Shown in pieces: positions 28,250-37,475 of a DNA stretch of 40,000 nt (positions within the stretch are counted from its first letter, which is position 1; every line of letters starts with the position of its first letter). The notes beneath the pieces are model-generated. The model ran no database searches. It had not been told where the DNA came from and saw only the letters and a list, made by a program, of their open reading frames with translations. Made by a program: the position numbers and the translations under genes. The stretch spans positions 1,574,130-1,614,129 of the forward strand of contig NZ_CP097810.1 in NCBI RefSeq assembly GCF_000364165.2, in the 5' to 3' direction. Source of the DNA: Clostridium sp. MD294. Its GTDB lineage: Bacteria > Bacillota > Clostridia > Lachnospirales > Anaerotignaceae.

Positions 28250-28447
28250 AACCTCATTTTGCTGTAAAAAGCAAGGGGTATAGGGGAGTACAACTCCCCA
28301 TTCTAATCCGCAAGGCGAGCTTTGCTCGCCTGAGGAAAACAGCGAGTTTCAAGGCTTTTAAGCCTATGAAATAAGCTGTTTATACTTCTATTTAAACAAG
28401 TCGAAAATCTGTTTTCGACTTAGCGTGTCGACTTTATCGACACGCTG
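28250..28447 (-). repeat. ~195-nt multi-hairpin element, right copy (inverted relative to 8915-9114)
   Basis: Its reverse complement aligns end to end with the left copy, with roughly 18 differences by my hand alignment. The hairpins are preserved. Confidence 0.85.
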
Positions 28448-28567
28448 TAATAATAAACAATATTATTTTATTATACTAAAAAAATGAGAAAATAAAAAGT
28501 AATTACTATGCTTTTTTCATAAGAAAGGATATAATGAAATTATATAAATTTAGAAAGGGGTGTTTTT

Positions 28568-29755
28568 ATGAAAAAAGTGATACTTTCTATATTGTTGCTA
28601 TATTGCATAAGCATAGGGCTTTTAGGCTGTAAACAGCAGCAAGAAATAGTACCACCACAACAACAGAAAACAAATGAGGCATTGACAGAACAAGATATAA
28701 AAGACATAAAGGAGGATTTTTTAAATCAAAAAATTGCAGATATGACACTAGAACAAAAAGTTGGACAACTTTTTTTCTGTGCATTTAGAAGAGATGATAA
28801 AAATATACCTATTACAGTATGGAATGAGGACATAGAAAAAACAATACAACAGTATCATATAGGGGGCGTGGTGTTATTTGGAGAGAATATTGATACAGAA
28901 CAGCAGACAAAACAGTTAATTGCAGAATATAGAAATCATAGCAATATACCACTTTTAATAGGAGTAGATGAAGAAGGTGGCAGAGTAAGCCGTTTACATT
29001 CCAGTGGAAATTTAAAAGTAAAAGATATTCCTCCTGCAAAAATAATAGGAGATAGTAATGATACAAATACAGCATATGAGGCTGGGAAAACAATAGGAAG
29101 TGAATTAAAAGAATTAGGATTTGATGTAGATTTTGCACCAGTTGCAGATGTGAATACAAATGAAAAAAATACAGTAATAGGAGATAGAGCTTATTCTAGT
29201 GATGCACAAATAGTAGCAGAAATGGCAACCGCTTTTATAAAAGGATTACATGAAAATGGCATTAGTGCCTGTGTAAAACATTTTCCAGGACATGGCGATA
29301 CTATAGAAGATAGCCATAATGGTATCGCTGTAGCATATCATACATTGGAGGAAATGGAAAAAATAGAATGGCTTCCTTTCCAAAAGGCTATACAACAAAA
29401 TGTAGATTTTGTTATGGCAGGACATATTACAACACCAAATGCTACAACAGATGGCTTACCTGCTTCTCTGTCTTATGAAATGCTGACAGAGCAGTTAAGA
29501 AATAAATTACAATTTAAAGGAATTATAATTACAGATGCTTTAGATATGGGGGCAGTTACAGAATATAATCAACAGGATACTTCACTTAAGGCAATAGAAG
29601 CAGGGGCAGATATGGTATTGATGCCTTTTGAACTGGAAAAATCTTATTATACTGTTTATAACGCAGTAAAAAAGGGAACTTTGTCAGAGCAGGAACTAAA
29701 TGAAAAAGTAAAAAGAATACTATCATTAAAGTATGATAAGGGATATTTTCAATAA
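28568..29755 (+). CDS. nagZ: beta-N-acetylhexosaminidase (GH3, NagZ-like) lipoprotein
   Basis: Lipobox LLGC. GVDEEGGRVSR, KHFPGHGDT and ITDALDMGA motifs of GH3 NagZ. Confidence 0.85.
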   Translation: MKKVILSILLLYCISIGLLGCKQQQEIVPPQQQKTNEALTEQDIKDIKEDFLNQKIADMTLEQKVGQLFFCAFRRDDKNIPITVWNEDIEKTIQQYHIGGVVLFGENIDTEQQTKQLIAEYRNHSNIPLLIGVDEEGGRVSRLHSSGNLKVKDIPPAKIIGDSNDTNTAYEAGKTIGSELKELGFDVDFAPVADVNTNEKNTVIGDRAYSSDAQIVAEMATAFIKGLHENGISACVKHFPGHGDTIEDSHNGIAVAYHTLEEMEKIEWLPFQKAIQQNVDFVMAGHITTPNATTDGLPASLSYEMLTEQLRNKLQFKGIIITDALDMGAVTEYNQQDTSLKAIEAGADMVLMPFELEKSYYTVYNAVKKGTLSEQELNEKVKRILSLKYDKGYFQ

Positions 29756-29881
29756 ATTTGCAGCATAACGCTATTGAAAGTATACAAAGAAATTATTATA
29801 ATAATATTTAAAATCTTTTTACTTAAATAATGTGTATTTTGAAAAAAGTCCTTTTTGTATAGAATTGGAGAGGTGAATTTT

Positions 29882-32104
29882 GTGAGGATAGAAGAAGAAT
29901 TATACAAAGAGTTAATTAATAAAATGAATACTTATCACCCAACAAAAGAGTTTGATATTATTGAAAAGGCATATCATTTGGCGGTAGAAGCACATAAAGA
30001 CCAAAAAAGAAAATCTGGCGAACCTTATATTATACACCCTTTAAAAGTGGCTTATATATTAGCAGAGTTGGAACTAGACAAAGAAACTATTACAGCAGGT
30101 ATACTGCATGATACTATAGAAGATACTCCTTATACTTATGAGGATATTGTAGAACTTTTTAGTGAAGAAGTAGCAATTCTTGTAGATGGCGTTACCAAAT
30201 TGGGAAAATTGTCTTATTCTACAAAAGAAGAAATGCAGGCAGAAAATTATAGAAAAATGTTTATGGCTATGGCAAAAGATATTAGAGTGATATTGATTAA
30301 ATTGGCTGACCGTCTGCACAATATGAGAACACTTAATTATATGACAGAAGCCAAACAAAGAGAAAAAGCACAAGAAACACTTGATATTTATGCACCTTTG
30401 GCACATAGATTAGGTATTTCTAAAATTAGAACAGAAATGGAAGACCTTTGTTTTCAATATCTAAATCCAGATGCTTATTATGATTTGAAAGAAAAAATAG
30501 AAAGGAAACAAATAGAAAGAGAAGATTTTGTAAAGTCTATTGTAAATGATTTAAAACAAAAAATGGAGCAGTCTGGTATAAATGGAAAGGTAGTAGGAAG
30601 AAGTAAACATTTTTTTAGCATTTATAAAAAAATGGTAAATCAAAATAAAACATTAGACCAAATTTATGATTTGTTTGCAGTAAGGGCTATTGTAGATACA
30701 GTAAGAGATTGCTATGGTGTTTTAGGTGTTGTGCATACTATGTATACACCTATGCCAGGCAGATTTAAAGATTATATTGCTATGCCAAAGCCTAATATGT
30801 ATCAGTCTTTGCATAATACACTTATAGGCCCAGAAGGAGAACCTTTTGAGGTGCAAATTAGAACATGGGATATGCATCGTACTAGTGAATATGGTATTGC
30901 AGCACACTGGAAATATAAAGAAGGCGGAAAAAATGGCACAAATAAAAAAGGCGACAGCGAACAAGCAAAATTGACATGGCTAAGACAAATATTGGAATGG
31001 CAAAAAGATATGTCTGATAATAAAGAATATTTGGATACCATTAAATTAGATTTGAATATATTTAATGACCAAGTATATGCTTTTACACCACAGGGAAAAG
31101 TGGTTAGTTTACCAAAAGGTTCTACTACAATAGACTTTGCTTATATGATACACAGTGCTATAGGCAATAAAATGGTGGGAGCAAGAGTAAATAATAAAAT
31201 GGTTTCTATTGAGTATAAAATACAAAATGGTGATAGAATTGAAATATTAACTTCTCAAAATTCAAAAGGCCCTAGTAGAGATTGGCTCAATACCGTAAAA
31301 AGTTCTCAAGCAAGAACAAAAATCAATCAATGGTTCAAAAAAGAATTTAAAGAGGAAAATATATTAAAAGGCAGAGAACTCATTGATAAAGACATGAAAA
31401 AGAAAAATTATGTACCTTCTGAACTTTTAAAAACAGAATGGATACAAATTGTATTAAATAAATTTGGTTTTAGAGATTGGGACGCACTTTGTGCTGCAGT
31501 AGGACATGGTGGCGTAAAAGAAGGTCAAGTAACAAATAGACTAGCAGAAGAATATTTGAGAGAAAAGAAAAAACAAGAAGATGAAAATACATTACTAGAT
31601 ACTTTCAATAGTAATATTGTACAAAAATTAGAAAGATATAAAAGTAAAAGTGGTGTTGTAGTAAAAGGAATAGGAGATGTTGCAGTAAGATTTTCAAAAT
31701 GTTGTAATCCTGTGCCTGGTGATGAAATTGTAGGATTTGTTACAAGAGGGCGAGGTGTTACAATACACAGAACAGACTGCATCAATGTAATGAATTTGAC
31801 AGAAGAAGATAGAAATAGATTAATAGAAGCAGAATGGGACGTAGAAGGCAAAGGTATGGCAAATGTATCTTATTTAGCTGGTATACGTATTGTAGGTACA
31901 GATAGAGTTGGCTTAATGATGGAAGTTTCAAAAGTATTTACAGATGAAGATGTTTCTGTGAAATCGCTTACTATTAAAACAACAAAAAATACAGCAATAT
32001 TTGATGTAGCAATAGAAGTAAAAGGAAAAGAACAACTAGAAAAAATTATAAAAAGGCTTATGAAATTAAATGATATATTAGAAATAGAACGTGTAGCGAA
32101 TTGA
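29882..32104 (+). CDS. relA: bifunctional (p)ppGpp synthetase/hydrolase RelA/SpoT homolog
   Basis: HD-domain motifs (SGEPYIIHP, HDTIEDT), synthetase domain (YIAMPKPNMYQSLHT-like), TGS and C-terminal ACT. GTG 29882 sits 6 nt after GGAGAGGTG and is preferred over TTG 29855. Confidence 0.93.
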   Translation: MRIEEELYKELINKMNTYHPTKEFDIIEKAYHLAVEAHKDQKRKSGEPYIIHPLKVAYILAELELDKETITAGILHDTIEDTPYTYEDIVELFSEEVAILVDGVTKLGKLSYSTKEEMQAENYRKMFMAMAKDIRVILIKLADRLHNMRTLNYMTEAKQREKAQETLDIYAPLAHRLGISKIRTEMEDLCFQYLNPDAYYDLKEKIERKQIEREDFVKSIVNDLKQKMEQSGINGKVVGRSKHFFSIYKKMVNQNKTLDQIYDLFAVRAIVDTVRDCYGVLGVVHTMYTPMPGRFKDYIAMPKPNMYQSLHNTLIGPEGEPFEVQIRTWDMHRTSEYGIAAHWKYKEGGKNGTNKKGDSEQAKLTWLRQILEWQKDMSDNKEYLDTIKLDLNIFNDQVYAFTPQGKVVSLPKGSTTIDFAYMIHSAIGNKMVGARVNNKMVSIEYKIQNGDRIEILTSQNSKGPSRDWLNTVKSSQARTKINQWFKKEFKEENILKGRELIDKDMKKKNYVPSELLKTEWIQIVLNKFGFRDWDALCAAVGHGGVKEGQVTNRLAEEYLREKKKQEDENTLLDTFNSNIVQKLERYKSKSGVVVKGIGDVAVRFSKCCNPVPGDEIVGFVTRGRGVTIHRTDCINVMNLTEEDRNRLIEAEWDVEGKGMANVSYLAGIRIVGTDRVGLMMEVSKVFTDEDVSVKSLTIKTTKNTAIFDVAIEVKGKEQLEKIIKRLMKLNDILEIERVAN

Positions 32105-32116
32105 TAGGAGGATATT

Positions 32117-32569
32117 ATGAGAGCAGTATTACAAAGAGTACAAAGAGCAAGTGTGACAGTAGAGGGAAAAGTAATAGGAGAAATTGGAAAGGGAATTATG
32201 GTACTTTTTGGTATGTTAGATAGTGATGATGACAAAGTAATAGAATATATGCTTGATAAAGTGATAAATATGAGAATATTTGAAGATGAAGCAGGAAAAA
32301 TGAACCTTTCACTATTAGATATAGAAGGTGAACTTATGATTGTACCTAATTTTACATTATATGGAGATGCCAGAAAAGGCAGACGTCCAGGCTATTCCAG
32401 TGGTGCAGCACCTGCTGTAGCAAGTGGCATATTTGACAAATTGGTAGCACACGCAAAAACATTGCCTATTAAAAAAGTAGCAACAGGACAATTTCAGGCA
32501 GATATGAAAGTAGAAATTGTAAATGATGGCCCTGTTACAATACTGCTTGATAGTGAAAAGAATTTTTAA
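32117..32569 (+). CDS. dtd: D-aminoacyl-tRNA deacylase
   Basis: 150 aa with MRAVLQRV... and NDGPVTILLDS motifs. Confidence 0.93.
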   Translation: MRAVLQRVQRASVTVEGKVIGEIGKGIMVLFGMLDSDDDKVIEYMLDKVINMRIFEDEAGKMNLSLLDIEGELMIVPNFTLYGDARKGRRPGYSSGAAPAVASGIFDKLVAHAKTLPIKKVATGQFQADMKVEIVNDGPVTILLDSEKNF

Positions 32570-32586
32570 TTTGAGGAAAGAATGAT

Positions 32587-34032
32587 ATGATATATTTTAT
32601 AATAGAAAATCATACATTGAAACACGATGTACAAACAATCATACAAGTGTTTTATCCTAATTTGCATTATTATATGGTAGAGCAACCACAACAAAATGGT
32701 ATTACAATAAAAAGTATATTAGAGCAGAAAAAAGCAGTTGCTATATATTATGAAAATGGTATACAAAAAGAAATTTCTTTTGTAGAATATGATAATAGTA
32801 ATTTATCTGAAAAAGAGAAAAAAAGAGTAATAAAATGCTCTATTTATAAACTATTAAAACAAATAACAAATATACGCCCTCAATGGGGATTTATTACAGG
32901 AGTACGTCCTGCAAAAACAATAAATGAACTTTTAGACAAAGGATATACAGAGGAGCAATGTCTGCGTTATTTTACACAAGGGTATGATGTAACAGAGCAA
33001 AAAGCAAAACTTTCATTAGAAGTAGCAAAGGCAGAAAGGGATATATTAAGTAAAAATAAACAAAATGATGTAAGTTTATATGTTGGAATACCTTTTTGCC
33101 CTACAAGATGCCTTTATTGTTCTTTTACTTCTTATCCTCTTACACAATATCAAAATAAAGTAGAATTGTATTTGAAAGCACTATATAAAGAGTTGCATTT
33201 TTTAGGAGAATATACTAAGTCATTTGATTTAAAAACAGTATATGTAGGAGGAGGAACACCTACATCACTTACAGCAGAACAAATGAAGCAGCTTTTTGAA
33301 ACTATGACAAATAATTTTGACATAAAAAAAGGGGCATTGGAGTTTTGTGTAGAAGCAGGCAGACCTGACACCATTACAAAAGAAAAATTGTGTGTTATGA
33401 AAGAATATGGTGTCAATAGAATTTCTATCAATCCTCAAACAATGAACCAAAAAACATTGGATTTGATAGGAAGAAAACACAGTGTAGAACAAATAAAACA
33501 AATTTATGCTACTGCAAGAGAAATAGGCTTTGATGTTATCAATATGGATATGATATTAGGCTTACCTCAGGAAAGTGTAAAAGATGTAGAATACAGTATG
33601 AAAGAAATGGAAAAACTTCTCCCAGATAATTTGACAGTACATACATTAGCAGTAAAAAGAGCCTCTCGTTTAAAAGAAAATTTTAATTTATATACGCTTA
33701 CAGATGCAGAACAATTGCAGAAAATGATTGCAATAGCGGCAGAATATGCTCAAAAAATGGATATGAAACCCTATTATATGTATCGTCAAAAAAATATGGT
33801 AGGTAATTTTGAAAATGTAGGATATTGTGCCAAGTCAAAAGAATGTATATACAATATACAAATTATGGAAGAAAAGCACAATGTATTTGCAGCAGGAGCA
33901 GGAGCAAGTACCAAAACAGTAGATATTGCTCAAAATAGAGTAGAAAGAATATTCAATGTAAAAAGTGTAGATGATTATATTGCACGTATAGATGAAATGA
34001 TAGACAGAAAGAAAAAAGGTTTTCAAATTTAG
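32587..34032 (+). CDS. hemZ: radical-SAM coproporphyrinogen dehydrogenase-like protein (HemZ/HemN family)
   Basis: CPTRCLYCSF radical-SAM cluster motif in a 481-aa protein. The relA-dtd-hemZ-hisS neighbourhood is typical of Clostridia. Confidence 0.7.
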   Translation: MIYFIIENHTLKHDVQTIIQVFYPNLHYYMVEQPQQNGITIKSILEQKKAVAIYYENGIQKEISFVEYDNSNLSEKEKKRVIKCSIYKLLKQITNIRPQWGFITGVRPAKTINELLDKGYTEEQCLRYFTQGYDVTEQKAKLSLEVAKAERDILSKNKQNDVSLYVGIPFCPTRCLYCSFTSYPLTQYQNKVELYLKALYKELHFLGEYTKSFDLKTVYVGGGTPTSLTAEQMKQLFETMTNNFDIKKGALEFCVEAGRPDTITKEKLCVMKEYGVNRISINPQTMNQKTLDLIGRKHSVEQIKQIYATAREIGFDVINMDMILGLPQESVKDVEYSMKEMEKLLPDNLTVHTLAVKRASRLKENFNLYTLTDAEQLQKMIAIAAEYAQKMDMKPYYMYRQKNMVGNFENVGYCAKSKECIYNIQIMEEKHNVFAAGAGASTKTVDIAQNRVERIFNVKSVDDYIARIDEMIDRKKKGFQI

Positions 34033-34044
34033 GAGGGGATTGCG

Positions 34045-35292
34045 TTGGCGGTTCAGCTAGTAAAAGGAACAAAAGATTTATATGGAAGTGAAGTATTACA
34101 ATGGCAACAATTAGAATATAAAATGCGTCAACTTTGTGCAGTATTTGGTATTGGAGAAATGAGAACACCTGTATTTGAATTTACAGAGTTGTTTGCTAGA
34201 GGAGTAGGAGAAACAACGGATATTGTACAAAAAGAAATGTACACATTTACAGATGACGGAAATAGAAGCTTGACATTAAGACCAGAAGGCACAGCAGGAA
34301 CAGTAAGAGCATATATTGAACATGGTATGCACAACCAAGCACAACCTACAAAATTATATTATATTTCTCCTACATTCCGCTGTGAAAATACGCAGGCAGG
34401 CAGACAAAGACAATTTCATCAGTTTGGTGTAGAAATGTTTGGCTCTTATAGTGCGGCACAAGATGCAGAGGCAATATCTGTTGCAACAACATTGTTAGAA
34501 CAGTTAGGTGTTAAAAATGTAGAATTACGTTTGAACAGTTTAGGCTGTGTAGAATGTAGAAACCGCTATAATCAAAAATTAAAAGAATTTATTGCTTCTC
34601 ATTTAGACAAGCTTTGTGATACTTGTAAACAAAGATATTTAAAAAATCCTTTAAGAGTGTTAGATTGTAAAGAAAAAGGCTGTCAAGAAGTCATTGCAAA
34701 TGCTCCTTCTGTATTAGATTGTTTAGATGAGGAATGTACAAAGCATTTTGAAAAAGTACAAACAATATTGAAAGAAATGAATATTGCCTTTACAATAGAC
34801 CCTAAAATTGTAAGGGGATTGGATTATTATACTAGAACAGTGTTTGAATTTGTGTCAGATGGTTTGACAGTATGTGGAGGAGGCCGCTATGACCAGTTAG
34901 TAGAACAGTGTGGAGGAAAACCAACAGGAGCAGTAGGTTTTGGCATGGGAATAGAACGCCTTGTAATGATACTAGAAAAACAGTATGGACAGTCAGAACA
35001 AAAAAATGATGTTATGCTATATATTGGTGCTATGGGAGAAAAAGGAATGTTAAAATCTCAAGCATTGACATTGCAGATGAGAAAAGCTGGTATTCATGCA
35101 GAATGTGATACTGTAGAAAGAAGCGTAAAAGCACAAATGAAATATGCTAATAAAATCAATGCAATGTATACTGTTGTAATAGGAGATACAGAAATAGAAA
35201 AAAATAGTGTAGAACTCAAACAAATGCAACAAGGTACAGTAGAAAATATTGCATTAAGTGACTTATTAGAAGTAATGCAACAAAAAATATAA
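34045..35292 (+). CDS. hisS: histidine--tRNA ligase
   Basis: 415 aa with a TTG start. KGTKD, LRPEGTAG, FRCENTQAGRQRQFHQ and GGGRYD motifs. Confidence 0.95.
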   Translation: MAVQLVKGTKDLYGSEVLQWQQLEYKMRQLCAVFGIGEMRTPVFEFTELFARGVGETTDIVQKEMYTFTDDGNRSLTLRPEGTAGTVRAYIEHGMHNQAQPTKLYYISPTFRCENTQAGRQRQFHQFGVEMFGSYSAAQDAEAISVATTLLEQLGVKNVELRLNSLGCVECRNRYNQKLKEFIASHLDKLCDTCKQRYLKNPLRVLDCKEKGCQEVIANAPSVLDCLDEECTKHFEKVQTILKEMNIAFTIDPKIVRGLDYYTRTVFEFVSDGLTVCGGGRYDQLVEQCGGKPTGAVGFGMGIERLVMILEKQYGQSEQKNDVMLYIGAMGEKGMLKSQALTLQMRKAGIHAECDTVERSVKAQMKYANKINAMYTVVIGDTEIEKNSVELKQMQQGTVENIALSDLLEVMQQKI

Positions 35293-35317
35293 CGAAATAA
35301 TTGAAAAATAAAAAAAG

Positions 35318-35348
35318 CACCTATATTACTTTAAATAGGTGTTTTTTT
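35318..35348 (+). terminator. rho-independent terminator after hisS
   Basis: Stem cacctat/ataggtg followed by T7. Confidence 0.75.
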
Positions 35349-35412
35349 ATGCAAAATATAAAAATATTTGACTACTATAAAAGTATACTGTCTAATATAA
35401 TAGTAAAAAATA

Positions 35413-35441
35413 TTGACAGAATATGTCTAAAATTGTATAAT
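35413..35441 (+). promoter_or_regulatory. consensus sigma-A-type promoter TTGACA-17-TATAAT
   Basis: Exact consensus hexamers with a 17-nt spacer and TG just upstream of the -10. About 65 nt upstream of the 35508 start. Confidence 0.7.
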
Positions 35442-35507
35442 GAAAAAAGTGTGTATTATTAAGGATTTTTTTGTATTAGAGAGGTTTAGTAGGGGGAAAT
35501 TAGTGTT

Positions 35508-37460
35508 ATGAAAGCAAAAATGGCGTTTGCTTTGTTATTGACTATAAGTATTACTACAACATTATTGCCAATGACAGCAATGGCAGAACAGACACAAACA
35601 GATGTAGTTGAACAACAAGGGGAACAAATAGCACAACAACAAGAGCAAACAGAACAACAACAGGAACAAACAGGGCAACAACAAAAGCAAACAGAACAAC
35701 AACAGGAACAAACAGAACAACAACAAGAGCAAACAGAACAGACACAACAAAAAGAGGAACAAAAAAGAACAGTTACTGTAACATTTGATGAAAATGGTGC
35801 AGAAGGAACAGCACCAGAAAGCATTATTATTTCAAATGAAAAAGGATATTTATTAGAGCAAAATAATATGACAAAACAAGACTGCTTTTTTTTAGGCTGG
35901 GGAATAGAAAAAGAAAGTACAGATGTTTTGTTTTTGAGTGAGGAAGAAATTACAGTGCAAAAATTGCCAGAAGATGTTACAGAAAGTATAACATTATATG
36001 CAATTTGGCAGCAGGCACAACAGTGCCAAATATTGTATGATTTAGGCAATTCAGAAATTGTTAGAGAATATACTTATACGGGAAAAACACCTCAAAATAT
36101 ACCAACTGAAAATAAACAAGCAAAACAAATTATTGCTTGGAAAAATGCAGAAAATGAAATAGTAGAAATTGCTTCACAAATAGTATCTGGCAATGTAGCA
36201 TATACTGCTGTTTATGATATGTCAACAATGCCACAGCAGCCATCACAAAATATAGAAGGTGCTATAGCATTAGAAACAGAAAAACATATAAAATATATGG
36301 ACGGAAGCAATGGAAATTTTTATCCAGAAAAGGTATTAACAAGAGCAGAAGCGTGCCAAATATTATATATATTATTAAAACAAAAACAGTCCCCTCAAAA
36401 AACATTTTCAGATATAGATACACAACAGTGGTATGCAGATGCAGTAGGTACACTTGCCACAATGGGATTAGTAGAAGGATATGGCGAAAATTTTGAGCCA
36501 AATAGAGAAATGACAAGAGCAGAGTTTTTAGCGATATTGTCAAAAATATATCCTTCTGATGGTACAATATTGACATTTACTGATGTAACAAGTGAGCATT
36601 GGGCAATAGATGCTATATCAAATGCAGCAAAAAGAGGTTGGATTAGTACAACAGAAAATGTGTTACCAGACAATGCTATAAAAAGGCAAGAAGCTGTTGT
36701 GATATTAAATAGAGTGCTTGGTAGAACAGGAGATAAAAATACCATAGAAAATACAGACACCAGAATAAGAGAATTTTTTGATGTTTCCCCATCACATTGG
36801 GCATATTATGATATTTTAGAAGCTACTGTTGTACATGACTATCAAAAGACAGATAGTGGAGAAAATTGGACAGATTTTCAAAAAGAAAGTTTAAATATTC
36901 CTTGTGGACTTTATAGTCAAAACGGTACACTATATTATATAGAAGAAAATGGAGATTTAGCAAGAAATAAAACAATAGGTAATTTTACATTTAATGAAAA
37001 TGGTGTATATACTACAAATCATGCAGAATTAGATAAAAAACTTTCTGAAATTGTAATGTTACATACAAGTGAAGACATGGCACAAGAACAAAAACTTCGT
37101 GTATTGTATGATTATGTAAGAGATGATTACAAATATATAAAAAGACCTTTTGTACAAAAAGGGCAATTGGATTGGGAAGCAGAATATGCAGAAGCTATGA
37201 TTGATATGCACAAAGGTAACTGCTACAGTTTTGCAGCATTATATTATTATTTAGCCAAACAAATAGGCTATGATGCACACGCTGTTATTGGAACAATAGG
37301 ACACAACCATTCTCCTCATGGCTGGGTAGAAATTGAAATGAATGGTACAACATATTTATTTGATACAGAGATGGATATGGCATATAGATTGCGTGGACAA
37401 CAGTATGATTTATATAAAAAGACATACAATGATGCACCTTTTGTATATGTAAAATGGTAA
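35508..37460 (+). CDS. secreted surface protein: signal peptide, (QQQEQTE)n repeats, Listeria/Bacteroides-type repeat, three SLH domains, C-terminal transglutaminase-like cysteine protease fold
   Basis: Signal peptide ends in TAMA. VTVTFDENGAEG...GW repeat. Three SLH-like units (LTRAEACQIL, MTRAEFLAIL, IKRQEAVVIL). C-terminal GNCYSFAALYYY...HGWVEI...DTE triad pattern. Confidence 0.8.
   Translation: MKAKMAFALLLTISITTTLLPMTAMAEQTQTDVVEQQGEQIAQQQEQTEQQQEQTGQQQKQTEQQQEQTEQQQEQTEQTQQKEEQKRTVTVTFDENGAEGTAPESIIISNEKGYLLEQNNMTKQDCFFLGWGIEKESTDVLFLSEEEITVQKLPEDVTESITLYAIWQQAQQCQILYDLGNSEIVREYTYTGKTPQNIPTENKQAKQIIAWKNAENEIVEIASQIVSGNVAYTAVYDMSTMPQQPSQNIEGAIALETEKHIKYMDGSNGNFYPEKVLTRAEACQILYILLKQKQSPQKTFSDIDTQQWYADAVGTLATMGLVEGYGENFEPNREMTRAEFLAILSKIYPSDGTILTFTDVTSEHWAIDAISNAAKRGWISTTENVLPDNAIKRQEAVVILNRVLGRTGDKNTIENTDTRIREFFDVSPSHWAYYDILEATVVHDYQKTDSGENWTDFQKESLNIPCGLYSQNGTLYYIEENGDLARNKTIGNFTFNENGVYTTNHAELDKKLSEIVMLHTSEDMAQEQKLRVLYDYVRDDYKYIKRPFVQKGQLDWEAEYAEAMIDMHKGNCYSFAALYYYLAKQIGYDAHAVIGTIGHNHSPHGWVEIEMNGTTYLFDTEMDMAYRLRGQQYDLYKKTYNDAPFVYVKW
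35634..35738 (+). repeat. 5 x 21-bp imperfect in-frame tandem repeat (caacaacaRgaRcaaacagRR)
   Basis: Units at 35634, 35655, 35676, 35697 and 35718. They encode QQQEQTE-type heptads within the surface protein. Confidence 0.9.
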
Positions 37461-37475
37461 AAAGGGTGGTATATT

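Noticed and set aside
35634-35738. Regularly spaced 21-bp repeats, considered as a possible CRISPR array.
   Set aside because: The units are contiguous with no spacers, they are in frame within a coding sequence, and no cas genes are nearby.
35486-36049. Minus-strand ORF with striking CCCSVCSCCC repeats that could be mistaken for a Cys-rich peptide or metallothionein-like gene.
   Set aside because: It is the reverse-complement reading of the (QQQEQTE)n tandem repeat inside the well-supported secreted SLH protein, which has a signal peptide, a consensus promoter and an RBS on the plus strand.
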